A stretch of 64,000 bases of DNA, taken from NCBI GenBank assembly GCA_951406725.2, contig OX597836.1, positions 3,658,001 through 3,722,000 of the forward strand, in the 5' to 3' direction. Origin of the DNA: Octopus vulgaris. Its lineage: Eukaryota. Shown here piece by piece: positions 11,661-25,772 of the stretch; within the stretch, counting starts at the first letter, position 1, and each line of letters starts with the position of its first letter. The position numbers and the translations under genes are program-made. Below the pieces are notes generated by a model, which worked only from the letters and a program-made list of their open reading frames with translations, searched no databases and was not told where the DNA came from.

Positions 11661-14600
11661 CAGGGTAGTAAGTTCCTTAGCATTTAAAATGGCCATATCC
11701 TGCCCAAATATTCTCCTTGTTTTATGACTCAAACCAGCCCAGATCTGGCTTCTCACACCTAACCTACAGTGTCATTCTAAAAGTAAACAATCATCATCAC
11801 TTAATATCCATTGTCTATGCTGTCTACCAAATCCACTCACAAGGCTTTCGTCGGCCTGAGGCTATAGTAAAAGAACACATTGCCCAAGGTGCTAAGCAGT
11901 GGGACTGAACCCGGAACCATGTGGTTGGAAAGCAAGCTTCTTACCATACAGTCACTCCTGCACCTCTCTTTCTCTCTCTATATATATGTGTGTGTGTGTG
12001 TATGTGTGCATATAGGTGCAAGCGTGGTTATGTGAGAAGAAGTTTGCTTCCCAACTACATGGTTCCAGGTTCAGTTCCATTGCATGACACATGGGACAAG
12101 CGGCTTCTCCTGTAACCCCAAGCTGACCAAAGCCTTGTGAGTAGATCTGGGAGATGGAAACTGAAGGAAGCCCATCTTATATGTGTGTGTGTGTGTGTGT
12201 ATGTGTGTGCGTGTCTTTGCTGCCCTCCACTGCTTGGCAACCAGTGATGGTTTATTTACATCCCTGTAACTTAGCAGTTTAGCAAAAGAGACTGATAAAA
12301 CAAGTGTCAGGCTTAAAAACAAAAAAGACAAAAAAAATGTACTGGGACCGATTGAGTCGAGTAAAAGTTCTTCAAGGTGGTGCCCCAGCATGGCCACAGT
12401 CAAACGACTGAAACAAAAGATAAAAAAAAAAACACATGCCATTGCATTGGTGGTGGTGGTGGTGTCGGCGGTGGAGGGGGAGCATGCGTATATACGTGCA
12501 TGTATGTATGTATGTATGGATGTGGTATCAAGTGCAGCTGTGAGGTATCAAGTGACCATTATGAAGAGGAGGAGGTGGAAAAAGTAACAATTGAAAAATT
12601 GTGGCATCTCAGTGCAAGTGCACCGACACAAGGTGGAGAGTTTTGTATCTGGCAACACTGAGCAGAGAGACTGGCAACAGCGGGCAGCTGACGTTGTATG
12701 GAATTTACTATGGATGTATGTGTGTGTGTGTGCGTGTGTGTGTGTGTATGTGTGTGTGTATTTATGCATATGTATACTCTTACTCTTTTACTCGTTTCAG
12801 TCATTTGACTGTGGCCATGCTGGAGCACCACCTTTTAGTACTTATTCTATCGGTCTCTTTTTGCCGAACCGCTAAGTGACGGGGACGTAAACACACCAGC
12901 ATCGGTTGTCAAGCAATGCTAGGGGGATAAACACATACACATATATATATATACATATATACGACGGGCTTCTTTCAGTTTCCGTCTACCAAATCCACTC
13001 ACAAGGCATTGGTCGGCCCGGGGCTATAGCAGAAGACACTTGCCCAAGATGCCACGCAGTGGGACTGAACCCGCAACTGTGTGGTTGGTTAGCAAGCTAC
13101 TTACCACACAGCCACTCCTGCGCCTGTATACATGAATACATAATGCAATGCTGTGTTAACATTACCTGAATGCAATGACATTAGCTGAATGCAACGATGA
13201 TGTTAATTGCAATGACGATGACAATGATGATGAGGAGGAGGAGGGAGAGGAAGAGGATTTAACGGGTTTTTTTTCCATGCTGGCATGGGCTGGATCGTTT
13301 AAGAGGACCAGGCAAGCCAGGGGTCTGTGCCATGCTTCACTGTCTCGTGTGGCGTGGTTTCTATGGCTCAAAGCCCTTCCTAACACCACCCAATTCACAT
13401 GTCCTCGGCATTCAGGGTCCATATTTCATGACCATCTGGAATTGCCTCATACAACCTTCCTTTCGTTTGGAGAGAGAAACCTTTCATGGCCAATCCAGAC
13501 AAATATAGACAACCTCTTCCCAGAGGTAAAAGTAGGTTTGTACATAGGACCAACCAACACTCCCTACCTACAGACAAAAAAAAAAAATAAATGAAGTTAC
13601 AGGAGCACTGATTACAATTCAAATCCAAGAAGACTTGAAAGAGAAAAAGACAACCCAGAATGGAGAAATATTGTGGGCCTATGAAGCATCGGCCCTTGAT
13701 GATTTTCTTTGCTCTGGGTTGTCACTACTTAAGCTTTTGCTCCATAGGTAGTGAAGGGTTAAACTCTTTAGCAAAAGTAACCCAAATATTCTCCCTGTTT
13801 TCTGTTCAAACTGACTGGATCCGACCTCTTACACCTACCCTACAATGCCATTCTAAAAATAAACGATCACATCATAAAAATCTGAAGGCCACAGGTTAAT
13901 GCGTGATAAACCCAAAACAATATGAATGAATAAGCATTGCATTTGATTGGGTAACCTGAATGCTAAGGGGTTAAGTAAATAAATAAGGGGCTAAGTATAT
14001 AAAGAAGGGGTTCAGTAAATAAATAAGGGGCTAAGTATATAAAGAAGGGGTTCAGTAAATAAATAAGTATAACTGTGGCTAGAGACAGACAAGTTTGCAA
14101 CAGGTACCTGCCTCAGGATATGGAAATGCAAAATCCAGAATAAATACCACAAAGCATTTTGTCCATCATATTTAACAATTCCGCCCATCTGTGGCCTCTG
14201 GTTTGGCACTTTATTTTATTGACCCCAAAAATGAAAAGCACAAAAGTGATTTCGGAGATAAAGAACTTGCTCAAGCTATTGTGCAGTGGGGGTTGAATCT
14301 GCTTACAACAGTGTCATAGAGCAAACGTGTTAACCACATTAAGAGACAATGAGAGGATTTCTACGCAGGCATGGCTGTGCGGTTAAGAAGCTGGCTTCCC
14401 AACCAGATGGTTCTGGGTTCAGTCCCACTGCATAGGACCTTGGGCAAGTCATCATCATCATCATTTAACGTCAGTTTTCCATGCTAGCATGGGTTGGACG
14501 GTTCAACCGGGGTCTGGGAAGCCAGGAGGCTGCACCAGGTTCCAGTCTGATCTGGCAGGGTTTCTACAGCTGGATGCCCTTCCTAACGCCAACCACTCTG

Positions 14601-16744
14601 TGAGTGTAGTGGGTGCTTTTTACATGCCACTGGCACAGGGGCCAGAGGAGGCTGGCAAACGGCCACGATCGGTTGGTGCTTTTACGTGTCACTGACATGG
14701 ACGCCAGTCAGGTGGCGCTGGCATCAGCCACATTCGGACGGCGCTTTTTACGTGTCAGCGGCATTTGATTTTAATTTTGATGTTGCAGGTTATCAACAGC
14801 GGATGTGCAGGAGAATAAAAAAGAGGATTTCCTGTTGCCCCCATCACACATATATTTTTACAAGACACCATTCTGCAGGCACCACCACAAGATCCAGCCC
14901 TAGGTGTGGTAGGGTGGCTTGCATTCCTCAATGAACTGGAGAACAAGTGTCTTCTACTATAGCCTCAGCCCAACCAAAAGCCTTGTCAGTGGATTTGGTA
15001 GATGTATGTGTGTGTGTCTGCCCCCGCCCCCACCGCTTGACAAACGGTGCTGGTTTGTTTACGTTCCAGCAACTTAGCGATTCGGCAAAAGACACCGAAA
15101 CAATAAGCACTGGGTTTTCTTTTTCAAAACAAAAACAAGTACAGGGTTGATTCGTTCAATTAAAATTCATCAAGGCGGTGCCCCAACATGGCCGCAGTAA
15201 AAGATACAAGACATTGGGTTACATGTTGTTCGTCTAACTTTCCGATTTCGTTTTTCGGAGATTTCTTCCGGTCGTAATTTTGTATTCAATTCAAAACTAT
15301 CTTTTTTTTAAGGACTAAAAGAACAAGAGCCATAATACCACCACCATCATCGTCATCATCATTAACGGTAGTTCGCTCTGCTAGAAATAGCAGTCGAATG
15401 TTACACTACTGTTTAGGAAAAGGAAATGGAAACGAAGGACAGGCGGTGAAATGTTGCCTGGTTTAAAAAAAAGAAAGAAAAATGTAACAAGAAAAAAAAA
15501 CGTTGCGGTTGAAAGGTTATCAAGAGAGAGTGTGTGTGTATATATATATATAATTAAGGGTTAATTATATTTATAATTATAAAAAAAAAACTATTTATAT
15601 AAGTTTTTACAGATAATGGGTTTTTTCCATACCAAAGCTACTTGGTAAAATTTGTTAATTATTAAATTAATAATTTTTTACCCTATACCTATAATATATA
15701 TATATATAGGGAGAGAGAGAGAGTGAGAAATGGGGGGGGGGGTCAAAATTGCTGCCTTGGGTTAAACAATGTCATCACCACCAGCATTTACACTATCATC
15801 ATCATCATCATCATCATTAACATGAACTCCAGTGAAGGCAACTCTAAGTGGTCGCTTGACTTGCTAGAAAAAGCAGCTATATTTATTTCCTTCATATCAC
15901 GCAACACATTCCGTTAAAAGCAAAAAAAAAAAAACAAGTCCGAGATACAGTTTGTATAAACAAAGGGGAAAAAAATAATAATACGAGATGGTCATGGCTA
16001 GAATACCTATTGGGACACTTGATCAGAGCTGACCTGGGGCTAAACAACACCTTCTGTACCTCTACCACTGCCATCATCATCATCATTAAGATCATCGTCA
16101 GCACCACCACTACCATCATCATCATCATCCTCATCATCACCACTACTAAACTCAACACCACCACGATCTCCTCCCACTCCTCTAGAGTTAGCTCCCCCTA
16201 TTTCGGGAAGGTAGGTTCTAAAACTGGAACAGTGCTTCCCGTTAGATTCCAGCAACTGGAACGAAACACGCACACACACGTAAAATATACAAAAAACAAC
16301 AAAAACACACACGCAAAACAAAACAACAGAAAAAAAAGAAAACAGACAAAACGTTTTTTTGCATAAATTGGTAAATATTTGGGCAGCACCAGATGAAAAA
16401 GAAAGGCTCGGGTTTATCTTCCACATAGATATGGACCAATGGTTCGATCCCAGAACAAGGTAGAGAATATCAGATTCTGTTTTATTTTTTTATTAATGTA
16501 TGAAGATTATTATTATTGTTGTTGTTGTTGTTGTTATTGGTGATGAACGTGGAAGGGATTGGAGGGGCAGGGGTTTCGGAAGGAATTTGCCGTTATTTAT
16601 TTGGTTTTTTACCATTCCACTGATGGTATATTTATCATATTGGAATGAACATAAATTGCACGTAACGCAATGGTAGAAACCACGCACATGCTCCTTCATT
16701 AAGAAAATATAATTAATGTATATTTCTTTACTATATAACAGGGA

Positions 16745-17100
16745 AAAGCTGCTTAATATGATCACTTTGGGACGAAAGCCTTTGCGATCATAATAACTGT
16801 TCGTTAGTGTTAACCGAACAACGTTAGCTCTGATTCATATACAATGGAAGTTGCTTAATATTATCACTTGGGGACGAAGCCTTGGCGATAATAATAACCG
16901 TTTGATAATGTCGTCCGGATTATGTGATCCGTCACTCTATACAGGGGAAGTTGTTTAATATGATCACTTTGGAACGAAGCCGTTGCGATAATAATAGCCG
17001 TTTGATAATGTTATCCATGATTATATTCAGTGCAAGCCGCTTAATACGATCACTTTGGAACGAAGCCTTTCCGATGATAATCGTTTGCTAACGTTGTTCG
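16745..17100. repeat. Diverged tandem repeat, 4 units of ~86-100 bp
   Basis: The core GCTTAATATGATCACTTTGGRACGAAGCC..GCGATAATAATA recurs at about 16751, 16853, 16953 and 17039. Confidence 0.85.
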
Positions 17101-20100
17101 TGATCATAATAAGCGACTTCAAGTGTGTGTGTGTGAGTAATGCACACACACACATCCCAAAGCTGCTTTGTTAACTGCAGTCTACCATACTTGAGACGTG
17201 GTGCATCGAAATAAAAATGTATTTTGTGATTAGATAATCCGGATTAATTTCCACGTACCCAAAGGTCTCGTTCGGTTGATGTTAGTTAAACATACGCATC
17301 GGTGAATCAGCGTGTATAAACACATATATACACATATATATATATACACAGACAAATAGTCGCCAGCCTTTTTCCCGCAAAAATACACTCATCCTAACCG
17401 ACATGGCGCGGAAGGTATTTTAACCCCAGGTCGTGCCTGATCATGGATACCTACATCATTTCAAATACAAACATCACGCCTTTTATTTTATTCATTTATT
17501 TCAAAGTATTATTACCAGGTCTGCATCATTTCCCAATATGACCCCTTTCTTTCTTTTAATTTTTTTCATTTAAAACGATGAGGAATATTTGAGGGAGAGA
17601 TTCGACTGTTATTTCTAGCCAGGTCGAGCGACCATGATGAATACCTTCCCTTCGCTGCTTACTTCCGCCTTATTGGTTCGTTTCTATGTATGTCAGACAG
17701 ACAGATGGCCTTGCCGATGTCCTTGAAACAAGAATAAACGCCACACAATCTCCTACACACACACACACACTGGGGCTACATACGCGCGGGAAAGGCAGGC
17801 CTTTACACGATCGCTAAGTATGCAAGAAATAGCAGCTACACCGCCTTCAAAAATCATGTCGTTTACAGTCTTTGAAAACAAGGATATGTTCGAACATGTG
17901 TTAATTATACGGTGCACTGTAGTTAGAGTACAAGCAGTATTGGTCACGGCTGGGGCGCGTTTGATCATATGGCTCAATAGGGGTTGCCGTGAAGCTAAGA
18001 AACAACCCCAACACAGCATTTGAAGTTTGTTTGTTTTGTTTGTATAACTATGACAAATAATTATTCTTTCTGCTGGAAGCATAAGGCCTGGAATTTGGGG
18101 GAAACGGATTAAGTCGATTACATCGACCCCAGTGTGTAACTGGTACTTATTTAACGCATTTTAACCCTGTAGAAATTTTGAAGATTGTCATATAAATAGG
18201 GATAACAAACATGCGGAAGCGTCCAGTTAACCTTTATTGAAGTAAACAAACCCAATACATCTGTCCTTAAATGAGGGCAGCGGGTTAAAATGGGTTAATG
18301 GACCCTGAAAGGATGAAAGGCAAAGTCGACCTCGGCGGAATTTGAATTCAGAGCGTAGCGGCTGACGAAATACCGCTAACGATTCTGTCAGCCTTAATAA
18401 CAATGATAAATAATTATAACAGTCGTCTCTGATGTTTTGTTTTTGGTGTCGCCATGGCAAAATAAAGCGAATTATAAATTGTTAATTAATATTATGCATT
18501 TTGTGAAGGCAGTCCAGCAGGGACAATCGTTAGCTTTAACCGGACGAAATGCTGAGCGGCATTTCATCCGTCTTTACGTTCTGAGTTCAAATTCCACTGA
18601 GACCGACTTTGCATTTCATCTTTCGAAGTCGATGTAATCAGTTTATCCCCCACGCCACTCCAGCAAAAAAAAAAAAAAAAATTGCTGGCCTTGTGCCGGA
18701 ATTTAAAGCCATTCTCTTTTATTCTTATACATGTTTCTGTCATTTGACAGTGGCCATGCTGGGGCACCGCCTTTACTCGAACGTATCGACCCCAGGACTT
18801 ATTCTTTGTAAGCCCAGTACTTATTCGATCGGTTTTCTTTTGCTGAACCGCTAAGTTTTGGGGACATACACACACACACTCGACGGGCTTCTTTCAGTTT
18901 CCGTCTACCAGATTCACTCACAAGGCTTAGGTCAGCCCGAGGCTATAGTAGAAGGCACTTGCTCAAGGGACTGAACCTGGAATCGTGTGGATGGGAAGCA
19001 AGCTTCTGACCACACAGCCATGCCTGTGCCATTGTTATACGTTTAATTAAGATGGTGACCTGGCAGAGTCGTTAACATGTCAGACAAGATGATTAGTTAT
19101 GTTCTGAGTTCAAATTCTGCCAAGATCGACTTTGCCTTTGATCCGTTTTGAGGTCGAGAATATAAGTACCAGTTGCGTACTGGGGTCGATGTAATCAACA
19201 TATGCATTTTAGTTGCACAGCACCAGCAGCCAACATCTTGTTATTGTTGTTTATGCTGTTGGTTAAACCATGAGACCCCAACACAAAAAATAATCTTGTC
19301 TGATGCTGTCCATATTAATGTCACCCGTCATCAACTTCATCTCTCTATATATAAGGTTGAAGTTGTCTGTGTTTGGCAGGTTTGGTAACCTTCAATTAAC
19401 ACTATCTCCTCCAAGACCTGTGGTGCAAGTTGACCAAAATTGAGAGTATGATAGAAGAAGGCTTGGAATCACAGACCTTGATTCCACAGATGAACAGGAG
19501 ACCCCTTAGTACCAAATCTGCAGTTATGCAAGGCACAACTACCAGTCTAAACAACAGCAGCTCAAAGTTTGTTCTTTGAATCAACATTATTGGTAAGAAA
19601 AGCGGCGAGCTGGCAGAAGCGGTCGTATGTCGGATGAAATGCTAAGTGGTATTTTATCTGTCTTTACGTTCTGAGTTCATATTCCGCCGAGGTCGACTTA
19701 TCCTTTCAGGGTCGATAAATTAAGTACCAGCTGCATACTACGGTTGATCTAATCAATTGGCCCCCTACCCCCAAATTTCGGGCCTTGTGCCTAGCATAGA
19801 AAATAATGCTTAGTGATATTTTGTCTGTCTTTATGTTCTGAGTTCAAATTCCGCAGAGGTCGACTTTGCCTTTCATCCTTTCAGGGTCGATAAATTAAGT
19901 ACCCATATCGTACTAGGGTTGATCTAATAGACTGGCCCCCCCATCCTCTCCAAAAATTCCAGGCTTTATGCCTAGATTAGAAAAGAACAAAACTGGTAAG
20001 AGACAGCAACAACAACTTGGGCTGGAGAGTCAGACTCTGGAGATTCTTAATTCTTTTATGTACCAAGCAGTGATATTGCTAACGATGATAACAGGGAAAG

Positions 20101-20199
20101 CAGAGCCAAGCTGCAGCTGTCTTCTGGTGCTTGGAATCTGTATGGTACCATTCTTCTTCAATCAACCAAGACTACAAATTCTACCTGAATATAGTGAAT

Positions 20200-20335
20200 A
20201 AAAAAAAGATCAACAGAATGAAAAGAACCGCAAATAACTTCCACAGGCGATGTCTCGGAACCATTCTAAAAACTTCTAGGCTCAACCATATCATGTATTT
20301 AGAAATTATGGAAAGGGTTGGATTGAGTACTTGAT
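20200..20335 (+). mobile_element. Short RTE/BovB-like LINE fragment
   Basis: The peptide NNFHRRCLGTILKTSRLNHIMYLEIMERVGL resembles the RTE C-terminal FH.RCLR.IL...N.EVL.RA motif. Confidence 0.65.
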
Positions 20336-20926
20336 GGAACACTGTTACCATGAAATGGGGTACGTACTTGTACTTGCAGTAGAATTCACCCGGGTTGAGA
20401 TGAACCGATTCTGACCAATGAGGTCACCACATCTCTCACGAATGACCGCAGCCAACAGTTGGCCAAAATCAGGGCTGTAATGAATACCTACTCCTCGTTG
20501 CACCGCCAAAGACCATAGACACGGGGGTCCAATTGTGCCTCCATGTCTCCCTTTACTTTCACCAGCCACGTCTTCAGTTGTTCTCCAGCTCACTTGCACC
20601 AGCCTGGGAGGGGAGCTGGGTGGAATGCTTCACGAACAAATTCCCATGGGAGGCTGATGGAGAGTATAGCCAAACCACCTTTGATGTCTTGTGAGTAGAG
20701 CTTCTGGCAGCAACATTGACGTATTTCGGGGTTCAATATGAAATCCAATGGAGGAACAAGCAGCATTTTGCCCATGTTTACATTCTGGGTTCATATTGCG
20801 CTAAAGTAAACCTTGATTTTCATCCTTTGGAGATCAACAAAATAAGTATGAGTCACTTACTGGGGTCATGTTATCAACTATCCTGCTTCTTCAAAACGTC
20901 TGGCCATGTGTCTATTACAGGAAGGC

Positions 20927-21276
20927 TTATCTCCGCCTTAGCGAAGGCAGAGGTATTGTTTTCAGTCAGATTTGTTTGTTTGTTTTTCCATGAACAAGAT
21001 ATCTCAAGAACTGTTGGATGGATTCTGATGAAACTTTCAGGGATGTTTGGCCTCCTGACTGGCACGAACTGATCAGATTTTGGGATCAATCTGGTACCAG
21101 ACAAGGATTCCCAATTATTTATTTTTTTTTTTTTCTTATTCAATTTTTGAGAACGGTTGGGTTCATTTTTAGTATTCTCATTTGTGAGAGTATTTGAGTT
21201 TAGTTCAGATATTCTCATTTTAAAAATCATCTCCGGCTAATCTTGGCAGAGGTTTGTGCTCTCCGAGTGTTCTTGT
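20927..21276 (+). mobile_element. Non-autonomous DNA element (Crypton- or Helitron-like)
   Basis: Ends TTATCTCCGCC..AAGGCAGAGGTATTGTTTTC and TTGGCAGAGGTTTGTGCTCTCCGAGTG..CTTGTT, with GATTCTGATGAAACTT internally. I recognise this pattern from aquatic-animal repeat families; the class is uncertain. Confidence 0.55.
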
Positions 21277-22415
21277 TATTATTTAGGTGGCAAATGGCAG
21301 AATTGTTAGCATGCTTCACAAAATGCTTAGCAGTATTTCACCCGTTGCTATGCTCTGAGTTCAAATTCCACCGCAGTCAACTTTGCTTTTCATCCCTTTG
21401 GGGGTTGATCAATTAAGTACCAGTGAAACACTGGGGTCAATATAATCAACTAGTCCCCTTCCCCAAAATTTCAGGTCTTGTGCCTATAGTAGAAACGATT
21501 ATTGTTGTTGTTGTTGTCATATATAGTATTCTGTCATCATATGTGTTTATAAACCTCTGATTTTCAGTTTTTTGTCTATCTTGCCCTTCTGGCTAATAAT
21601 AAAAAAAAAAACATCACCGTCATCACCACCACCATCATCATCATCAACCACTACTTCAACATCATCATCATCATCATCATTATTACCATCGTACCACAGA
21701 ACCATCACCATCACTTTCATCACCACCACCACCACCAACATCACCTTCACCACATCATCATTAATGCCATCATACCACAGAACCATCACCACCACCACCA
21801 TCAACATCACCACATCATCATTAATGCCATCACACCACAGAACCATCACCATCATCATCATCATCATCACCACCTTTGTGATTGTTGGGACATTTAGATT
21901 CTTGCTAGACAAGATAAATTTAGACAGATCAAAGATTAATTAAGATAGTCTTACTAATTACTTTGTGTGTGCATGGTGGGGGGGAGGTGCTATGGTCTTA
22001 ATTAAAACTTATTGACTGACACACTTGCTGTCAATACCGACACACAAACACACCATTTTTACTTTTTTTTACTTCAGTCTCATTTTTATTTTACTTGTTT
22101 CAGTCATTAGACTGTGGCCATGCTGGGGCACCGCCTTGAAGAACTTTGGTCAAATCAATCAATCCGAGTATTCTTTTTTCGTAAAGCCTGATACTTATTT
22201 TATCAGGTGCTTTTGCCAAACTGCTACGTCACATGGATGTAAACAGACCAACACCAGTTATCAAGCAGTAGTAGGGGGACAAACACAGACACAATAACAC
22301 ATATGTATGTATGTATATATATATAAATATGTATATATATAAATTTGTGTTTGTGTATATATATATATATATAAATTTGTGTTTGTGTATATATATATAT
22401 ATATAAATTTGTGTT

Positions 22416-22445
<30 letters not shown>

Positions 22446-22446
<1 letters not shown>

Positions 22447-22829
22447 CTCTCTATATATAAACGGCAGTTTGTCTGTGCGTGTTTCTGTGTGTCTGTTTTC
22501 TCGTACCCTCACCCTGACCACAGCTTTCAACCGATTCTGATGAAACTTGACACACGCATAGCCCAATGTCATAATTCAAAACTAACGCAGCGAAAATTTT
22601 GAAAAGTTCCCCCAGTTCTGAAAAATCGATAAATTCGACATGGGGTCGAGAATAAAAAAAACAAACCACAGACTGTCTAGGGGACGCAACTCAACCTTTT
22701 TTTACTCTCAAAAAAAAATTTACCATCATTTTTTTTCCATTTTTTTTCTATTTTTTGGCTATAACTCTCTAAAGATGCTTTATAGTTATTTCCCTTACAA
22801 ACCTGAGCAACGCCGGGCGATACTGCTAG
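22446..22829 (+). mobile_element. Non-autonomous Helitron-like element
   Basis: It starts TC(TCTCTATATATAAAC) and ends in a GC hairpin (CCTGAGCAACGCCGGG) followed by CTAG|T, inside a TA-rich site. Confidence 0.75.
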
Positions 22830-24230
22830 TATATATATATATATACATACATAGGTGCAGTGGTGGCTGTGTGGTAAGAAGCTTGCTTCACAACCACGTG
22901 GTTCCGGGTTCAGTTTCACTGCATGGCACCTTGGGCTAGTGTTTTCTAAGATACCCTCGAGCCAGCCAAAGCCTTGTGAGGCTTTGGCAGACAGAAACTG
23001 AAAGAAGCCTGTCTCTCACACACACACATATATATATATATATATCCAGGGGAGAATTCACGAAAAAAACAAAAGATGAAGAGATAAAAGGCACCAGCAC
23101 CAGTGTTCAAACTACTTACCACACAGCCAGTCCTACATATATGAAAAGGCTGCGAGCTGGCAGAATTGTTAGCATGCTGGACAAAATCCTCAACAGTATT
23201 TCTCCTGTCACTCTGTTCTGAGTTCAAATTCCGCCAAGGTCGACTTTGCCTTTCATCCTTTCGGGTGTGGATAAAACAAGTACCAGTTGCATACTGAGGA
23301 TGATGCAACTGACTCATCCCCTCCCCTAAAATTGCTACCCTTGTGGCAAAAAAAACATTGAAACCATTATATATATATATGTAAACCATCATCATCACTT
23401 AATATCAGTCCTCCATACTGGCAAAGGTTTGATGGTTTGACAGCAGATTATGCCAAACTTTGTTGTCTGCTTTGGCAAGGTTTCTACAACTTGATGCCCT
23501 TCCTAACACCAACCACTTTACAGACTGTACCAGGTGTACCCTAAGGTGATACATAGATAGACAGAGAGAGAGAGAGACTAACACATGTGTGTTTGTGTGT
23601 GTGTGTGTACATATATATATATATATATATATTAGAAGAAATGAGGTAATCCGATCTTCTGATTACCTCATTTCTTCTAATATATAATACCTGTACATCA
23701 TCTCCAAACCTTCCAATATATATATATATATATATATATATGTGAAAAGGAATACAAAAAATGGGACAAGAACGCAAAACATCCAGACAGATGATACAAA
23801 AGAGGGACAAGAAAAAACATGGACAGGTCATTCGAAGTTTTCTTTCCTCAGTCGAGTTCCCAATTATCTTTGCAATTTCGGCTGGTTATACTTGAGATTG
23901 CTCCACTCTGGCCAGCCCCAAGGAAAAACCAAGCTAAGAGCACTAGATTCCTTGGAAGAAAGCAGCGAATGTATACGAAAACAAGGATGGAAGAAAAAAC
24001 AGAGAAATGGTACACAAATATCTAACACACTCACTGGTTTGATTTCCACTCATTATTTATGTTTTTCCGACAAATTAGCAGAAGTAATGAAAATTTTGGA
24101 AGAAAAAATATAAATAATAAATGAGTGGAAACCAACCAGTGGGTGTGTTCGGTAATAAGGAGTTAAGACAATATGACTCTCCCCAGACACAATATATACA
24201 TCTGTGTGATGGTTTTATTCTTCACCTAAC

Positions 24231-24470
24231 TTGGAATGTTCCATATGTTTGGATCTGGAGCCTGTAGTGGTTGCGGAATTGTGGAAACATGCAGTGAGTG
24301 TACTCAGGTATAACTTTGATGACACAGTGTATTCAGCCAGTACGTGTGGAGGTGTGCATAATAACTGGAAGGACAAATCGATATTTACTTTAGCAAGTAC
24401 ATACATGTCAGTACACATCGTTGGTACACAGGTGCTCTATCCTCAACTCTACCTTGGCGCTTTAACAGAT
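24231..24470 (+). mobile_element. Possible piggyBac-type transposase remnant
   Basis: Only the short motif WKDKSIFTLASTY resembles the piggyBac W.D...V.L.ST motif. Confidence 0.35.
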
Positions 24471-25509
24471 CCTGAAAAATCTCACCTGACTGGCCCTCAT
24501 GACAGTGGCGAGTATAAGCACCCACTACACTGTTGGAGTGGTTGGCGTTAGGAAGGGCATCCAGCTGTAGAAACTTTGCCAGATCAGATTGGAGCCTGGT
24601 GCAGCCTTCAGGCTCACCAGCCCTCAGTCAAACCGTCCAACCCATACCCAAATGGTTGAGAACCTGAAGAAATTTTGCTTTAGATGTATGTGTTGGTATG
24701 TATTGCAAGAAACAGCTGGGTTTCTTTCTCTAACATTTTACATAGTTCAATCTATACAAATTAAAGTGTGAAAACATTAACGAATACAATTCTATAAAAC
24801 TAGTTTTTAACCATCAAATGGTTATGGGGGTCCACCAGAATAAAATAGCAATCAAAGGGTCCATAGATAAATTTAAAAAATGATTGAGAACCCCTGGTTT
24901 AACATTCACTTTTCTATGCTTGCATGGGTTGGATAGAATTAGTTGAGATGGGTTTCCTACAGCCGGAAGCCTTTCCTGTCACCAAGCCTCACTTGTTTCC
25001 AAGCAAGGTAACATTTCCCACAAGGCCAGACATGTTTTCATGGAAGACTGGAAATATAGAACACCACTTGTGCGACGGTGACACTTGTTTACAACTATCA
25101 AACATCAAGGCAAGGAGACCCTCACCCACTCTTTAGGGTGGAGATAAAAGCAAATACTCAACAGGATTTTGTTATATGGTTGATTGCTCTCACCAAGAGG
25201 CATGTAGATCAGTTTCGGTACCACTCACGCACGTATATCTTTTACCTGTTACTTGTTTCTCTCATTAGACTGTGGCCATGCTGGAACACAGTCTTGAAGA
25301 ATTTTGGTCAAACGAACCAACCCAAGAACTTATATTTCTCTTTTAAGCCAGGTACTTGTTCAAACAGTCTCCCAGGCCGAACCGCTAGGTTATGGGGACG
25401 TTAACACATCAAAGGTGGTTGCCAAGTGGTAATGGGAGTCAAACACAGACACAAAAACACATAGAGACATATATATCCAGCATGGGAAACAGACGTTAGA
25501 GATGATACA

Positions 25510-25736
25510 TATATAGATAGATAGATAGATAGGTAGACAGATGGATAGATAGATAGATAGGTAGACAGATGGATAGATAGATAGGTAGGTAGATAGATAG
25601 GGATAGGTAGGTAGACAGATGGATAGATAGATAGGTAGGTAGATGGGTAGATAGATAGAGAGATAGATAGATATAGACAGAGAAAAAGATAGATAGATGT
25701 AGACAGAGAAATAGATAGATAGATGTAGACAGAGAA

Positions 25737-25767
<31 letters not shown>

Positions 25768-25772
25768 GATAG
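25510..25772. repeat. (GATA)n/(GACA)n microsatellite
   Basis: Directly visible. Confidence 0.95.

Noticed and set aside
16745-17100. CRISPR-like array or C/D snoRNA cluster
   Set aside because: The context is eukaryotic with no cas genes, and the linkers are partly homologous to one another. A C/D-box-like pair is seen in only one unit, antisense to the host gene.
23820-23900. Third hammerhead-like motif (minus strand CTGAGGA...CGAATG)
   Set aside because: The GAAA core and stems I/III are not convincing in this copy.
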